A DNA stretch of 24,000 bases from Williamsia deligens (GTDB lineage Bacteria > Actinomycetota > Actinomycetes > Mycobacteriales > Mycobacteriaceae). The notes below the pieces were generated by a model, which saw only the letters and a program-made list of their open reading frames with translations, was not told where the DNA came from and made no database searches. Made by a program: the position numbers and the translations under genes. Numbering within the stretch: position 1 is the first letter of the stretch; each line of letters opens with the position of its first letter. Below are positions 7,298 to 15,108 of the stretch, piece by piece. The stretch covers positions 1,868,557 through 1,892,556 of the forward strand of contig NZ_JAMTCI010000001.1 in NCBI RefSeq assembly GCF_024171765.1, written 5' to 3'.

Positions 7298-8524
7298 ATG
7301 CCCGCCCCGACCTCGCCGTTCCGCCCGCCGCGGTTCATCCCGGCCCTCGAGGGGATGCGTGCGCTCGCCGCCCTCGGGGTGCTCACCACCCACGTGGCCT
7401 TCCAGACGCGGTCGGTCGACGGCTCGGTCACCGGGGCGGTCTGGGGCCGGCTCGATCTCGCGGTGGCGCTCTTCTTCTCCCTCTCCGGCTTCCTGCTCTG
7501 GCGGCCGCACGCCGCGGCGGCCCGGGGTGGACCGCCGGCGCCGCCGGTCGGCCGATATCTGCGGCATCGCGCGGTCCGCATCCTGCCCGCGTACCTGGTC
7601 GTGGTGCTCGTCGTGCTCAGCGTGGTGCCCGCGGCCCGCGGTGCCGGACCCGTCACGTGGCTCGCCAACCTGTCGCTCCTGCAGGTCTACGTCCCCTATT
7701 CGTTGGTGTCGGGGTTGACGCAGATGTGGAGCCTCGCGGTCGAGGTCTCGTTCTATGCGGTGCTGCCGCTGCTCGCCTGGGCGATCGGCCGGCTCCGCGG
7801 CCCGCGGGCCCACCTGCGGATCCCGGTGATGGTCGGCGTCGCGGTGGTCAGTCTGGGTTGGGCATTCGTCGCCACCCGGCTGCCCCTCGCCGACGGCGTC
7901 TCGGCGACCCTGTGGTTGCCGGGGTACCTGCCGTGGTTCGTGGCCGGGACCGCACTCGCCGAGGTGGCGGCCTCCGACACCGACGGCCGTCTCCGACGGT
8001 GGTCGTCGCGTCGCGTCCCCATGGGTGTCCTCGCGGTGGGGATGTACGCGCTGGCGTGCACGCCGATCGCCGGCCCGTCGGGACTGGCCGCCGTCTCCGA
8101 CGGGGAGTTCGCGACGAAGACGGTCATCGGCGCGGTGCTCGGGTGGGCGTTGCTCGCACCCCTCGTCCTGTCGCCGGCGCCGCATCGGTTCCTGGCGTCG
8201 ACGGCCATGCAGACGCTGGGTCGGTGGTCCTATGCGATCTTCATCTGGCACCTCGCGGTGCTGGCGGTGGTGTTCCCGGTGTTCGGGTTCGCCGTCTTCG
8301 GCGGCGCGATGTGGGCGGTGTGGATCGTGACGGTGCTGGTCACCATCGGCGTCGCGGCCGCGAGCTACGGCCTGGTCGAGGACCCGGCGCGGCGGGCCAT
8401 GCGGGACCGGGAGCGTCGCGACGCCCAGCGCGTGACGAACCCCCGCGCCGGCGACGACACCGTCGCGAGACCGGCCACGGCCACCAGCGCGGGCAGCGTG
8501 ACCCACCAGTCGAACCCCGTGTAG
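7298..8524 (+). CDS. Acyltransferase-3 family integral membrane O-acyltransferase
   Basis: The track ORF 7208..8524 was trimmed to the ATG at 7298 (MPAPTSPFRPPRFIPALEGMRALAALGVLTTHVAF...). It carries the AT3 signature (L-x-G-hR-x-hAAL-x-V-x-x-x-H) followed by about 10 hydrophobic helices. TAGCGT (7284..7289) lies 8 nt upstream of the ATG, so the mRNA may be leaderless. Confidence 0.85.
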   Translation: MPAPTSPFRPPRFIPALEGMRALAALGVLTTHVAFQTRSVDGSVTGAVWGRLDLAVALFFSLSGFLLWRPHAAAARGGPPAPPVGRYLRHRAVRILPAYLVVVLVVLSVVPAARGAGPVTWLANLSLLQVYVPYSLVSGLTQMWSLAVEVSFYAVLPLLAWAIGRLRGPRAHLRIPVMVGVAVVSLGWAFVATRLPLADGVSATLWLPGYLPWFVAGTALAEVAASDTDGRLRRWSSRRVPMGVLAVGMYALACTPIAGPSGLAAVSDGEFATKTVIGAVLGWALLAPLVLSPAPHRFLASTAMQTLGRWSYAIFIWHLAVLAVVFPVFGFAVFGGAMWAVWIVTVLVTIGVAAASYGLVEDPARRAMRDRERRDAQRVTNPRAGDDTVARPATATSAGSVTHQSNPV

Positions 8525-11500
8525 GGGTCACCCGACGCCCAGGGTCCCCACGACAGGCCGACGACCCCCAGGCCGAACATCGCGGCGACGGCGACGGGGA
8601 CGACACGCGGCCTCCGGCGCCGGAGCGTGATCGTCGCGACGGCCGTCAGCACGCCCGCGGCCGCGCCGACCCAGCCACCGAGCACGACCATGACCGCAGC
8701 AGCGCCGACGATCGCGACCGTCGGGGCGTGCACGGGCGTGGGCGCGGCCCCCTCGTCGCGGCGACGGCGGTCGGGGAGGGCCGCTGCGAGGAACAACACC
8801 GCCACGGCGATCAACCCGAGCAGCATCGCGAGCCGGTACGGGCCGTCGAGGGGGTAGTCGAGCGTGACCGCCCCGGCGGCTCCGGCGGGGACGATCCACC
8901 CCTGCTGCCAACCGTTGACGGTGACCGCCCGCAACGCACGCCCGTCGAGGGTGGCGTGCCACCCGGGATTGGTGGATTCCGGCACGACGAACACGCGGTC
9001 GACCCCGGAGGCCGCGACGTCGGCCACCCGATGGTCGGCGGTCCACGTCGTCGGGGCGACGGGCCGCATCGTGTCGGGCCCGTCCGTGGTGGGGGTCGCC
9101 GTCTGCGCGGTCAGGCTCACCGAGTCGACCGAGAACGCCTCCGACGGCGCCACCGTCACGCTGCGACTGCCCGCCGCGAGTGGGACGGAGGTGTCACCGC
9201 CGCACGGCACGGCGGCGACAGCGTCACCGGAGACGAGTCGTCGTGCGGTCGTCGTCACCGACAGCGGGATGCGACGGCCGGCGACGGACATCGCGATGCC
9301 CGCCGAACACGGCACGGACACCACGCGGTCCGCCGGCGCGGTGGCCATCGGTGCACCGTCGAGGCGGATCTCGGCGATGCCGGGCGGCGCGGTCTCGGCG
9401 AAACCGAGACTGTTCACGTCGACGAGGTCGTCGTGGGCGACCACGGACACCGTCACCGACGCCGTCACCGCGGGATCGAGGTCGATGTGTCCGTCGCGGG
9501 GGAGCTTCCGGATCTGCCGCCCGGTGCCGAGGTCGACCCCCACCGTCGTGGGTCGGGCGGGGTAGCGGCCCTCCGGCACGGTGACGGTCAACCCGGTGAC
9601 GCGGCGCGCGGTGGGCAGGGTGATGCGGACCGACGGTGTCGCGGCACCCGGGCGTGTCGACTCGTCGGGCGCGACCCAGGTGGTGCCGGGATCACCGTCG
9701 ACGACGGCCGACGCCGACGCCCGCGGATCGGTGATCGACGCCGAGCCCGTCGCGCTGACGTACCGGGGGTCGCGCACGAGGTCGTCGAGGGCGGTACCCG
9801 GTGTGGAGCGCAGCCACACCCGCGGGACGACCGTCGTCGCCGTCGGCACCGAGATCACCCGGTCGAACAGGCCGGGTTCCTCCGGGGCGAGGCCGAGACC
9901 CTCCGAACACCGGGTGATGTCGGGCCCGACAGCGCAGTCGGTGCGGGACCCGTCCTGGCCGAGCGACCACCCCGAGACCGGTTGTCCGGCATCGAGTTCG
10001 GGCAGGACGGTGCGGTGGCTGATGGAGAGATCGCGGCCGACGTCGTTGTCGCGGACACGGAGTTCGGCGATCGCGAACTGGCTGCCGGCCCGACCGGTCG
10101 CGGTCGAGATGGCGCGCACCTGCAGGTACGTGGTGGGCCCGCTCGGCGCGACGACCGTGACCGGCTGTCCCGGCGTGATCCCCTGCGCGACGGTCGTCCC
10201 CGCCGCGGTCGAGACCAGCAGCCCGGTGACCGCCGGACCGAGGGACCGGCCGGGGGTCACGGTCACCGCGAGATCGCTGCGGGGCCGGGCGAAGTCGACC
10301 TGGAGCCACTGGCCCACCGCCGCGTCGAGATCGCGGCTGATCCAGGAGGTGTTCGGGTCACCGTCGAAGGCCGCGGCAGGGGAGTTCGACGGGGACGTCT
10401 GACCCAACTGCGTCGCGTCGGAGGCCGATCCCGACGCCGACACCGACACCTCGTCGGGTCGGCCGTCGAGCAGCCACTGACCGCGGACCAGCCCGGCACC
10501 ATCGACGGGGTAGTCGGGGACGGCGTTCTGAGTCGAGCGCCGATCGTCGGGCGCGCGCACGGCCGAGCTGTGGTCGTCGACGCGACCGAAGTCGGTCTCG
10601 CGGTCGACGGGGGTGTCGGTGACGACGGCGGGACGCTCGGGCAGACCGGCCCGGCGGGCGTCGGTGTCGAGCAGGGTGGGTCCGAGCGGGGGTGCCCCCG
10701 CACGGGCGGCCTGGTCCTGCAGGCGCGCCACCGCCTCGGGTCCGCCGATCACCCGGGGCATGGCGTTCAGGTCGACCAGCGACGGCCCGGTCCCGTCGAA
10801 GCGCCCGGCGCCGCTCGGTGGTGTGACGGCGTAGATCTCGATGGCCCGCATGCGCGGTGCGAGGCCGTCGTCGCCGACGACCCCCCGGATGTCGCGCGGG
10901 CCGACCTCCGGTCCGAACTGCGCCACCTCGCGCAGTCCCGGGGATCCGGTGAGCGCCTGTCGGGCCACGATCGGGCGCGCCGAGCGCGACGTCGTCGGGG
11001 CCAGGTCGGACCGCAGCACGACGTAGTCGATCCCCTGTCCGGCGAGCGTCGCCGCGAGGCCGGGAGACGGCCTGCCCGAGGCGATCTGGCGTTGTACCGA
11101 GTCCATCGCCCGGATGGCGCCGGGTGGGACGAGGGGGATGGCGTCGCGGACGGCCCAGGGCGTGTCGGCGAGGGGTTGCAGCGGCTCGTCGCGGGTGAAA
11201 CCCCATGTCTGATAGGCGAAGGGAGCTCCGGGCACCACCAGGGCGCGTGACGGGGTCGACGACGGCCCGGCGTGATCGCGCAGCCATGTCGCCGCGGCGG
11301 GCCAGTACCCGGGGATGGACGAGAACGCCCCCCGTGGTGCCAGTGCGCCGGTCCAGACGACCGACCCCGCGCCGACGAGGACGACGAGGAACGCGATGGT
11401 CGCCGACACCGCCCGCGACCGTTCGGGACGGGAGAACGCGCGCCCGGCCGATCGCAGATCGACGGTGCCCGGCAACGGCATCCGCGCCAGCAGGTGGGCG

Positions 11501-12669
11501 ATGCCCAGCACCAGCGGCAGCCGGATCATCGGGTCGAACTTGTGGATGTTGCGCAGGGGGGCGCCGGGGCCGTCGAGGAAGCCGCGGACCTGCTCGGCGA
11601 CAGGCGAACCGATCTGGCCCTCGAACCCGGCGCAGAGCACGATGATGCCGACGGCCGCGACGGCGACCAGGCGACCCCGCGCGGGCATCGAGCGCATCGC
11701 GAGACCGGCCAGCCCGGCAGCCGCCACCGCGCCGGTGACGAGCACGGCGACGGGTGACGAGACGAGGACCGCGCCGGCCACGCGGTCGGGGGAGACGAAC
11801 GGGGTCCACGAGCTGGTCCCGCGGATCACCTCGACCAGGGAGGTCCAGCGCGTGGTTACCCGGGAGGACTCGATGAAGTCCAGGAACGGAGGGCTCACCC
11901 GCGACAGGATCATCAGCGGGACGACCCACCAGGTGCACGCCAGCACGGCGCCGAGCGCCCACCACGCGGTGAACCGCCGCCACCGCGACGCACCGGGACC
12001 GCGGATCGTCGTGTGACACAACCACCAGACGACCGCCGCGGCGCACGCCGCCGCGGTCGCGACCGCGTTGACCGCACCCATCAGGGCGACGGCACAGGCG
12101 GATCCGAGAGCCAACCGGCGGACCGAGTGCGGTGGGTCGTCGCGGTTCAGGGCGAGGACCACCGGCAGGAGCACCCACGGCGCCAGCATCATCGGCAGCG
12201 TCTCCGAGGAGATGGATCCCAGGGTGGTGAGGACGCGGGGACTGATGACGAAGGCGATCGCGGCGACGATGCGTGACCCGGGGGATCCGATCCGTAGCGC
12301 CTCGGCGAGGCGCACCACCCCGACCACGCCGACGGTGACCAGCACCGCCCACCACAGCCGCTGTGTCACCCAGGCGGGCAGCCCGACGAGGTCACCGGCG
12401 AGGAAGAACGCGCCGTGGGGGAAGAAGTAGCCGTACGCCTGGTTCTGGACCTGACCCATCGGGGCCTGCGTCGACCAGAGATGCAGGGCACGGGAGAGGA
12501 ATCCGCTCGGATCGATCGCGAGGTCGAGCTTGGTGTCGGCGGCGATGCGGCCCGGCGCCTGCAGCAGACACAGGACGACCGAGATGATCGCGATGAGGCC
12601 GATCCCGCGGCGGGAGAGGCGTGATGCGGTGGCGCGCGCCACCGGCGTGTCGGTCGAGCGTTCCGCCAC
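8365..12669 (-). CDS. aftD: Alpha-(1->3)-arabinofuranosyltransferase AftD-like GT-C enzyme
   Basis: 1434-aa ORF. The N-terminal polytopic domain carries ADTKLDLAIDPSGFL and QNQAYGYFFPHGAFF (DUF3367/AftD-type). A large soluble region has two discoidin/F5-8-type-C-like motifs (AAFDGDPNTSWIS, AVVDGDPGTTWVAP). C-terminal TM helices are present. The small membrane protein and lpqI lie upstream, as in mycobacteria. GTG start at 12669; an alternative GTG lies at 12642. Confidence 0.9.
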   Translation of the reverse strand: MAERSTDTPVARATASRLSRRGIGLIAIISVVLCLLQAPGRIAADTKLDLAIDPSGFLSRALHLWSTQAPMGQVQNQAYGYFFPHGAFFLAGDLVGLPAWVTQRLWWAVLVTVGVVGVVRLAEALRIGSPGSRIVAAIAFVISPRVLTTLGSISSETLPMMLAPWVLLPVVLALNRDDPPHSVRRLALGSACAVALMGAVNAVATAAACAAAVVWWLCHTTIRGPGASRWRRFTAWWALGAVLACTWWVVPLMILSRVSPPFLDFIESSRVTTRWTSLVEVIRGTSSWTPFVSPDRVAGAVLVSSPVAVLVTGAVAAAGLAGLAMRSMPARGRLVAVAAVGIIVLCAGFEGQIGSPVAEQVRGFLDGPGAPLRNIHKFDPMIRLPLVLGIAHLLARMPLPGTVDLRSAGRAFSRPERSRAVSATIAFLVVLVGAGSVVWTGALAPRGAFSSIPGYWPAAATWLRDHAGPSSTPSRALVVPGAPFAYQTWGFTRDEPLQPLADTPWAVRDAIPLVPPGAIRAMDSVQRQIASGRPSPGLAATLAGQGIDYVVLRSDLAPTTSRSARPIVARQALTGSPGLREVAQFGPEVGPRDIRGVVGDDGLAPRMRAIEIYAVTPPSGAGRFDGTGPSLVDLNAMPRVIGGPEAVARLQDQAARAGAPPLGPTLLDTDARRAGLPERPAVVTDTPVDRETDFGRVDDHSSAVRAPDDRRSTQNAVPDYPVDGAGLVRGQWLLDGRPDEVSVSASGSASDATQLGQTSPSNSPAAAFDGDPNTSWISRDLDAAVGQWLQVDFARPRSDLAVTVTPGRSLGPAVTGLLVSTAAGTTVAQGITPGQPVTVVAPSGPTTYLQVRAISTATGRAGSQFAIAELRVRDNDVGRDLSISHRTVLPELDAGQPVSGWSLGQDGSRTDCAVGPDITRCSEGLGLAPEEPGLFDRVISVPTATTVVPRVWLRSTPGTALDDLVRDPRYVSATGSASITDPRASASAVVDGDPGTTWVAPDESTRPGAATPSVRITLPTARRVTGLTVTVPEGRYPARPTTVGVDLGTGRQIRKLPRDGHIDLDPAVTASVTVSVVAHDDLVDVNSLGFAETAPPGIAEIRLDGAPMATAPADRVVSVPCSAGIAMSVAGRRIPLSVTTTARRLVSGDAVAAVPCGGDTSVPLAAGSRSVTVAPSEAFSVDSVSLTAQTATPTTDGPDTMRPVAPTTWTADHRVADVAASGVDRVFVVPESTNPGWHATLDGRALRAVTVNGWQQGWIVPAGAAGAVTLDYPLDGPYRLAMLLGLIAVAVLFLAAALPDRRRRDEGAAPTPVHAPTVAIVGAAAVMVVLGGWVGAAAGVLTAVATITLRRRRPRVVPVAVAAMFGLGVVGLSWGPWASGDPYTGFDWWVTLPALVAVAGLATVSSPARGFVTRWASRRSRSRMARRAGSSTRP

Positions 12670-12683
12670 CGAGGTGGCAGAGG

Positions 12684-12884
12684 TCAGTTCCGCACTCCGG
12701 CGTTGTCGCGGGTGCCGTAGTCGACCGAGCCCTTCACGAATCCGTTGTCGGCGTTGAAGCTGTTGACCGAGGTCGACGGGGTGTCGTCGGAGGCGAGGAA
12801 CCCGCCCAGGAAGACGACGGCGATGGCGACGATGACGCCCATGATCCCGGCGACGGCTCCGGCGATGAGGCGGTTGTCGGTCAT
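12684..12884 (-). CDS. Small single-pass membrane/secreted protein (Rv0236A-like)
   Basis: 66 aa: MTDNRLIAGAVAGIMGVIVAIAVVFLGGFLASDDTPSTS... It ends 14 nt upstream of the aftD start. Its ATG (12884..12882) overlaps the TGA of the upstream USP gene as ATGA. The position matches the small ORF upstream of aftD in mycobacteria. Confidence 0.7.
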   Translation of the reverse strand: MTDNRLIAGAVAGIMGVIVAIAVVFLGGFLASDDTPSTSVNSFNADNGFVKGSVDYGTRDNAGVRN

Positions 12885-13420
12885 GGGGTCAAGCTACCAT
12901 CCGCGCCTGCGTCGACCGGCCGTCGTCGCTCGGCGCATCGGGCGGGTACCACCAGCACCGGTCGGCTGCAGTGACGCAGGACGGCCTCGGCGACACTGCT
13001 GTGCAGCAGTGCCCGGATCCCCGACGCGCCGCGGGTGCCCGTGACGAGGACGTCGACGTCGAGATCGTCGGCGGCCTCGACCAGTGCGCCCCACACGGTG
13101 CCGGTCACCTCGACCAGATGGGGGATCGCGTCCAGGCCGCCGCTGCGGGCGCGGGCGACCCCGGCCTCCGCGATGGAGTGGGCCTCCTCGCGGAGCAGGT
13201 CGTCGACCTGGGTGTCGACGCCGGGGGTGAACAGCGGCTGCATCCCGGCTGCGCTCGACAGCCGCGCCGACTGGTGGGTCCCGGTCTCCCACGCGGTGAC
13301 GACCGCGGCGCGGCGACCGGCGAGGTAGCGGGCGGCGTGATCGATGGCGCGGTCGGCGTTCTCCGACCCGTCGTAGGCGATCATGATCAGGTCCGACGTG
13401 GGATCGACGCTGCTGGTCAT
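12881..13420 (-). CDS. Universal stress protein (UspA family, single domain)
   Basis: Only the C-terminal 179 codons of track ORF 12881..14941 are credible. The ATG at 13420 is preceded by GAGAGGAG about 8 nt upstream. The sequence runs MTSSVDPTSDLIMIAYDGSENADRAIDHAARYL ... VLVTGTRGASGIRALLHSSVAEAVLRHCSRPVLVVP, with a USP nucleotide-binding-like G-x2-G-x9-SS motif. Confidence 0.85.
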   Translation of the reverse strand: MTSSVDPTSDLIMIAYDGSENADRAIDHAARYLAGRRAAVVTAWETGTHQSARLSSAAGMQPLFTPGVDTQVDDLLREEAHSIAEAGVARARSGGLDAIPHLVEVTGTVWGALVEAADDLDVDVLVTGTRGASGIRALLHSSVAEAVLRHCSRPVLVVPARCAERRRPVDAGADGSLTP

Positions 13421-13513
13421 GGCGGCAACTCCTCTCGACCCCCGCGCGCCAGGATAGTCCGGTTCGCCCCGCGTACAGGCGGTTGCGCGACGGCGCGTGG
13501 AAGACTCCCCGGC

Positions 13514-14716
13514 ATGTTCTCGGGGACCCGTTCGCGTGCCGGCACCGTCCTGCTCGCCGTCGTGGCGATCGGCGCCACCGCCTGTTCGACGACGCAGCCC
13601 GCAGGGGTCGAGGCGACCCCTTCCGCGGTCGGGACCTCCTCCGCGGTCGTCCCGGTGTCCTCGGCGCCGTCGTCGTCGGCCGCCGTCCCCGGGTTCACGG
13701 GTCGATGCGCGTCGACGATCGCGGCGATGTCGTTGCGCGACAAGCTCGCCTCGTTGCTCGTCGTCGGCGTGACCGGCCCCGCGGACGCGCAGCGCGTCAT
13801 CCGCGACCAGCATGTCGGGGGCATCTTCCTGCAGAGCACCACCGACGCGTCGATCTACGAGGGGGGCCGGCTGCGGTCGATCGCACGGTCGGGTCCCCGC
13901 CCGGTGCTGGTCACCATCGACCAGGAGGGCGGGCGGGTCTCGCGCCTGGCGTCCCTCGGCATCGACAACCCGTCGGCGCGCGAACTGGCACGCACGTCCA
14001 CGCCGGCGCAGGTGCGGGCCGTCGCCCGCCGCACGGGGGAGGGCATGGCGAAGCTGGGCATCACCGTGGACTTCGCCCCGGACGCCGACGTCAGCGACGA
14101 GTCCGACGACGAGGTGATCGGTGACCGGTCGTTCTCCGACGACTCCGCGACGGTCGCGCGGTACGCGGGGGCGTTCGCCGACGGACTGCGCGACGCCGGG
14201 ATCATGCCGGTGTTCAAGCACTTCCCGGGTCACGGGCACGGTTCCGGTGACTCCCACACGGGCACGGTGCGCACGCCACCGCTGTCGCAGCTGCGCACCG
14301 ACGACCTCGTCCCCTACCGCACCCTGCTGCCGGGCCCGTCGGGACCGCCGGCGACCGGGGTCATGGTCGGCCACCTCATCGTCCCGGGGCTCACCGGCGA
14401 CGAGCTGCCGGCAAGCATCTCGCCCGCGGCGATGCGGTTGCTGCGCACGGGAACCGGGTACGGCGGCAGGCCGTTCGACGGGCCGGTGTTCACCGACGAC
14501 CTGAGCGGGATGGCCGCGATCTCCGCGCGCTACGGCATCACCGAGGCGGTGGTGCGGGCGATCGAGGCGGGCGCGGACCTGGCGCTGTGGTTGTCGACAT
14601 CGGCGGTGCCGGAGGTCATCACGGCCCTGACCACCGCCGTCCGGACCGGACGGTTGAGCAGCGATCGGATCGACGAGTCGGTGCAGCGAGTGCTGCGTGC
14701 GAGCGGCGGGTGCTGA
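13514..14716 (+). CDS. lpqI: Lipoprotein LpqI, glycoside hydrolase family 3 beta-N-acetylhexosaminidase (NagZ-like)
   Basis: The track ORF 12971..14716 was trimmed to the ATG at 13514. MFSGTRSRAGTVLLAVVAIGATAC-S gives a signal peptide plus lipobox Cys. GH3/NagZ motifs TIDQEGGRVSRL and KHFPGHGHG are present. It is divergent from the aftD chain, as in mycobacteria. Confidence 0.9.
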   Translation: MFSGTRSRAGTVLLAVVAIGATACSTTQPAGVEATPSAVGTSSAVVPVSSAPSSSAAVPGFTGRCASTIAAMSLRDKLASLLVVGVTGPADAQRVIRDQHVGGIFLQSTTDASIYEGGRLRSIARSGPRPVLVTIDQEGGRVSRLASLGIDNPSARELARTSTPAQVRAVARRTGEGMAKLGITVDFAPDADVSDESDDEVIGDRSFSDDSATVARYAGAFADGLRDAGIMPVFKHFPGHGHGSGDSHTGTVRTPPLSQLRTDDLVPYRTLLPGPSGPPATGVMVGHLIVPGLTGDELPASISPAAMRLLRTGTGYGGRPFDGPVFTDDLSGMAAISARYGITEAVVRAIEAGADLALWLSTSAVPEVITALTTAVRTGRLSSDRIDESVQRVLRASGGC

Positions 14717-14737
14717 TGCCCGCGCAGGCGTGGCCCG

Positions 14738-14830
14738 CGCGGGCACTACGCGATGTGCAGCAATCTCCGTGCTGCCCGACGAACGGCATACCCCACGTAA
14801 AAACCGTTCGTCAGTCGCGTAGTGCCCGCG
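14738..14830. terminator. Nested inverted repeat between convergent lpqI and small ORF (possible bidirectional terminator or structured RNA)
   Basis: The outer 16-bp perfect arms are CGCGGGCACTACGCGA (14738..14753) and TCGCGTAGTGCCCGCG (14815..14830). The inner 9-bp perfect arms are GACGAACGG (14778..14786) and CCGTTCGTC (14804..14812), around a 17-nt A-rich loop. The structure encloses the stop codon (14811..14813) of the minus-strand small ORF. Confidence 0.4.
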
Positions 14831-15002
14831 TCTGTGCGGGCGCCAGATCGAAAGGCAGAGGCCAGTCGATCTGGTCTCCCGCGACGTCGGGATCCCCCCC
14901 CGGGTCCCGAAGTCGCGAGATGACGAGGAGCGTGATCGCACTGATGGACGTCAACACCGCGATCGTCACGATGATCAACACCCACAGCACGGCCTCACCC
15001 AT
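14811..15002 (-). CDS. Hypothetical small membrane protein (63 aa, one TM helix)
   Basis: MGEAVLWVLIIVTIAVLTSISAITLLVISRLRDPGGDPDV... GGGGGAG lies 4 nt upstream of the ATG at 15002, and third-position GC is high. The ORF is divergent from a TetR gene. No family is recognisable by eye. Confidence 0.45.
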   Translation of the reverse strand: MGEAVLWVLIIVTIAVLTSISAITLLVISRLRDPGGDPDVAGDQIDWPLPFDLAPAQTRALRD

Positions 15003-15086
15003 CGGACTCCCCCATCCGATCGAGGGCGCAGCGCCCCCCGAGACAGGTGACCCCCCGCGCTGCTACTCTCGTCCTCATGCCGCGTT

Positions 15087-15105
15087 ACGTTACAGTCTGT
15101 AATGT
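15087..15105. promoter_or_regulatory. Candidate TetR operator / promoter overlap upstream of TetR gene 15109
   Basis: A perfect 13-bp palindrome TTACAG-T-CTGTAA (15090..15102) extends to 19 bp with one mismatched pair. It overlaps three TANNNT -10-like hexamers (TACGTT, TACAGT, TAATGT) and ends 3 nt before the ATG. Confidence 0.4.
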
Positions 15106-15108
15106 TTG

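Noticed and set aside
7060-11250. 1396-aa plus-strand ORF, the second longest in the track
   Set aside because: It lies antisense to the DUF3068 start, out of frame over the acyltransferase, and antisense to most of aftD. Its product is an Arg/Gly/Asp/His/Pro low-complexity string with no motifs. The opposite-strand AftD and AT3 proteins show clear domain signatures. It is a typical high-GC shadow ORF.
13421-14941. N-terminal ~507 codons of the 686-aa minus-strand ORF 12881..14941
   Set aside because: This portion is antisense to lpqI and R/G/D/P-rich. The recognisable USP domain begins exactly at the Met at 13420, which has a GAGAGGAG SD, so only 12881..13420 is called.
15028-15063. GCAGCGC...GCGCTGC 7-bp inverted repeat with two C6 tracts in the small-ORF/TetR intergenic region
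   Set aside because: The stem is short with a 22-nt loop in GC-rich DNA, and such matches are expected by chance. There is no positional logic beyond lying in a promoter region.
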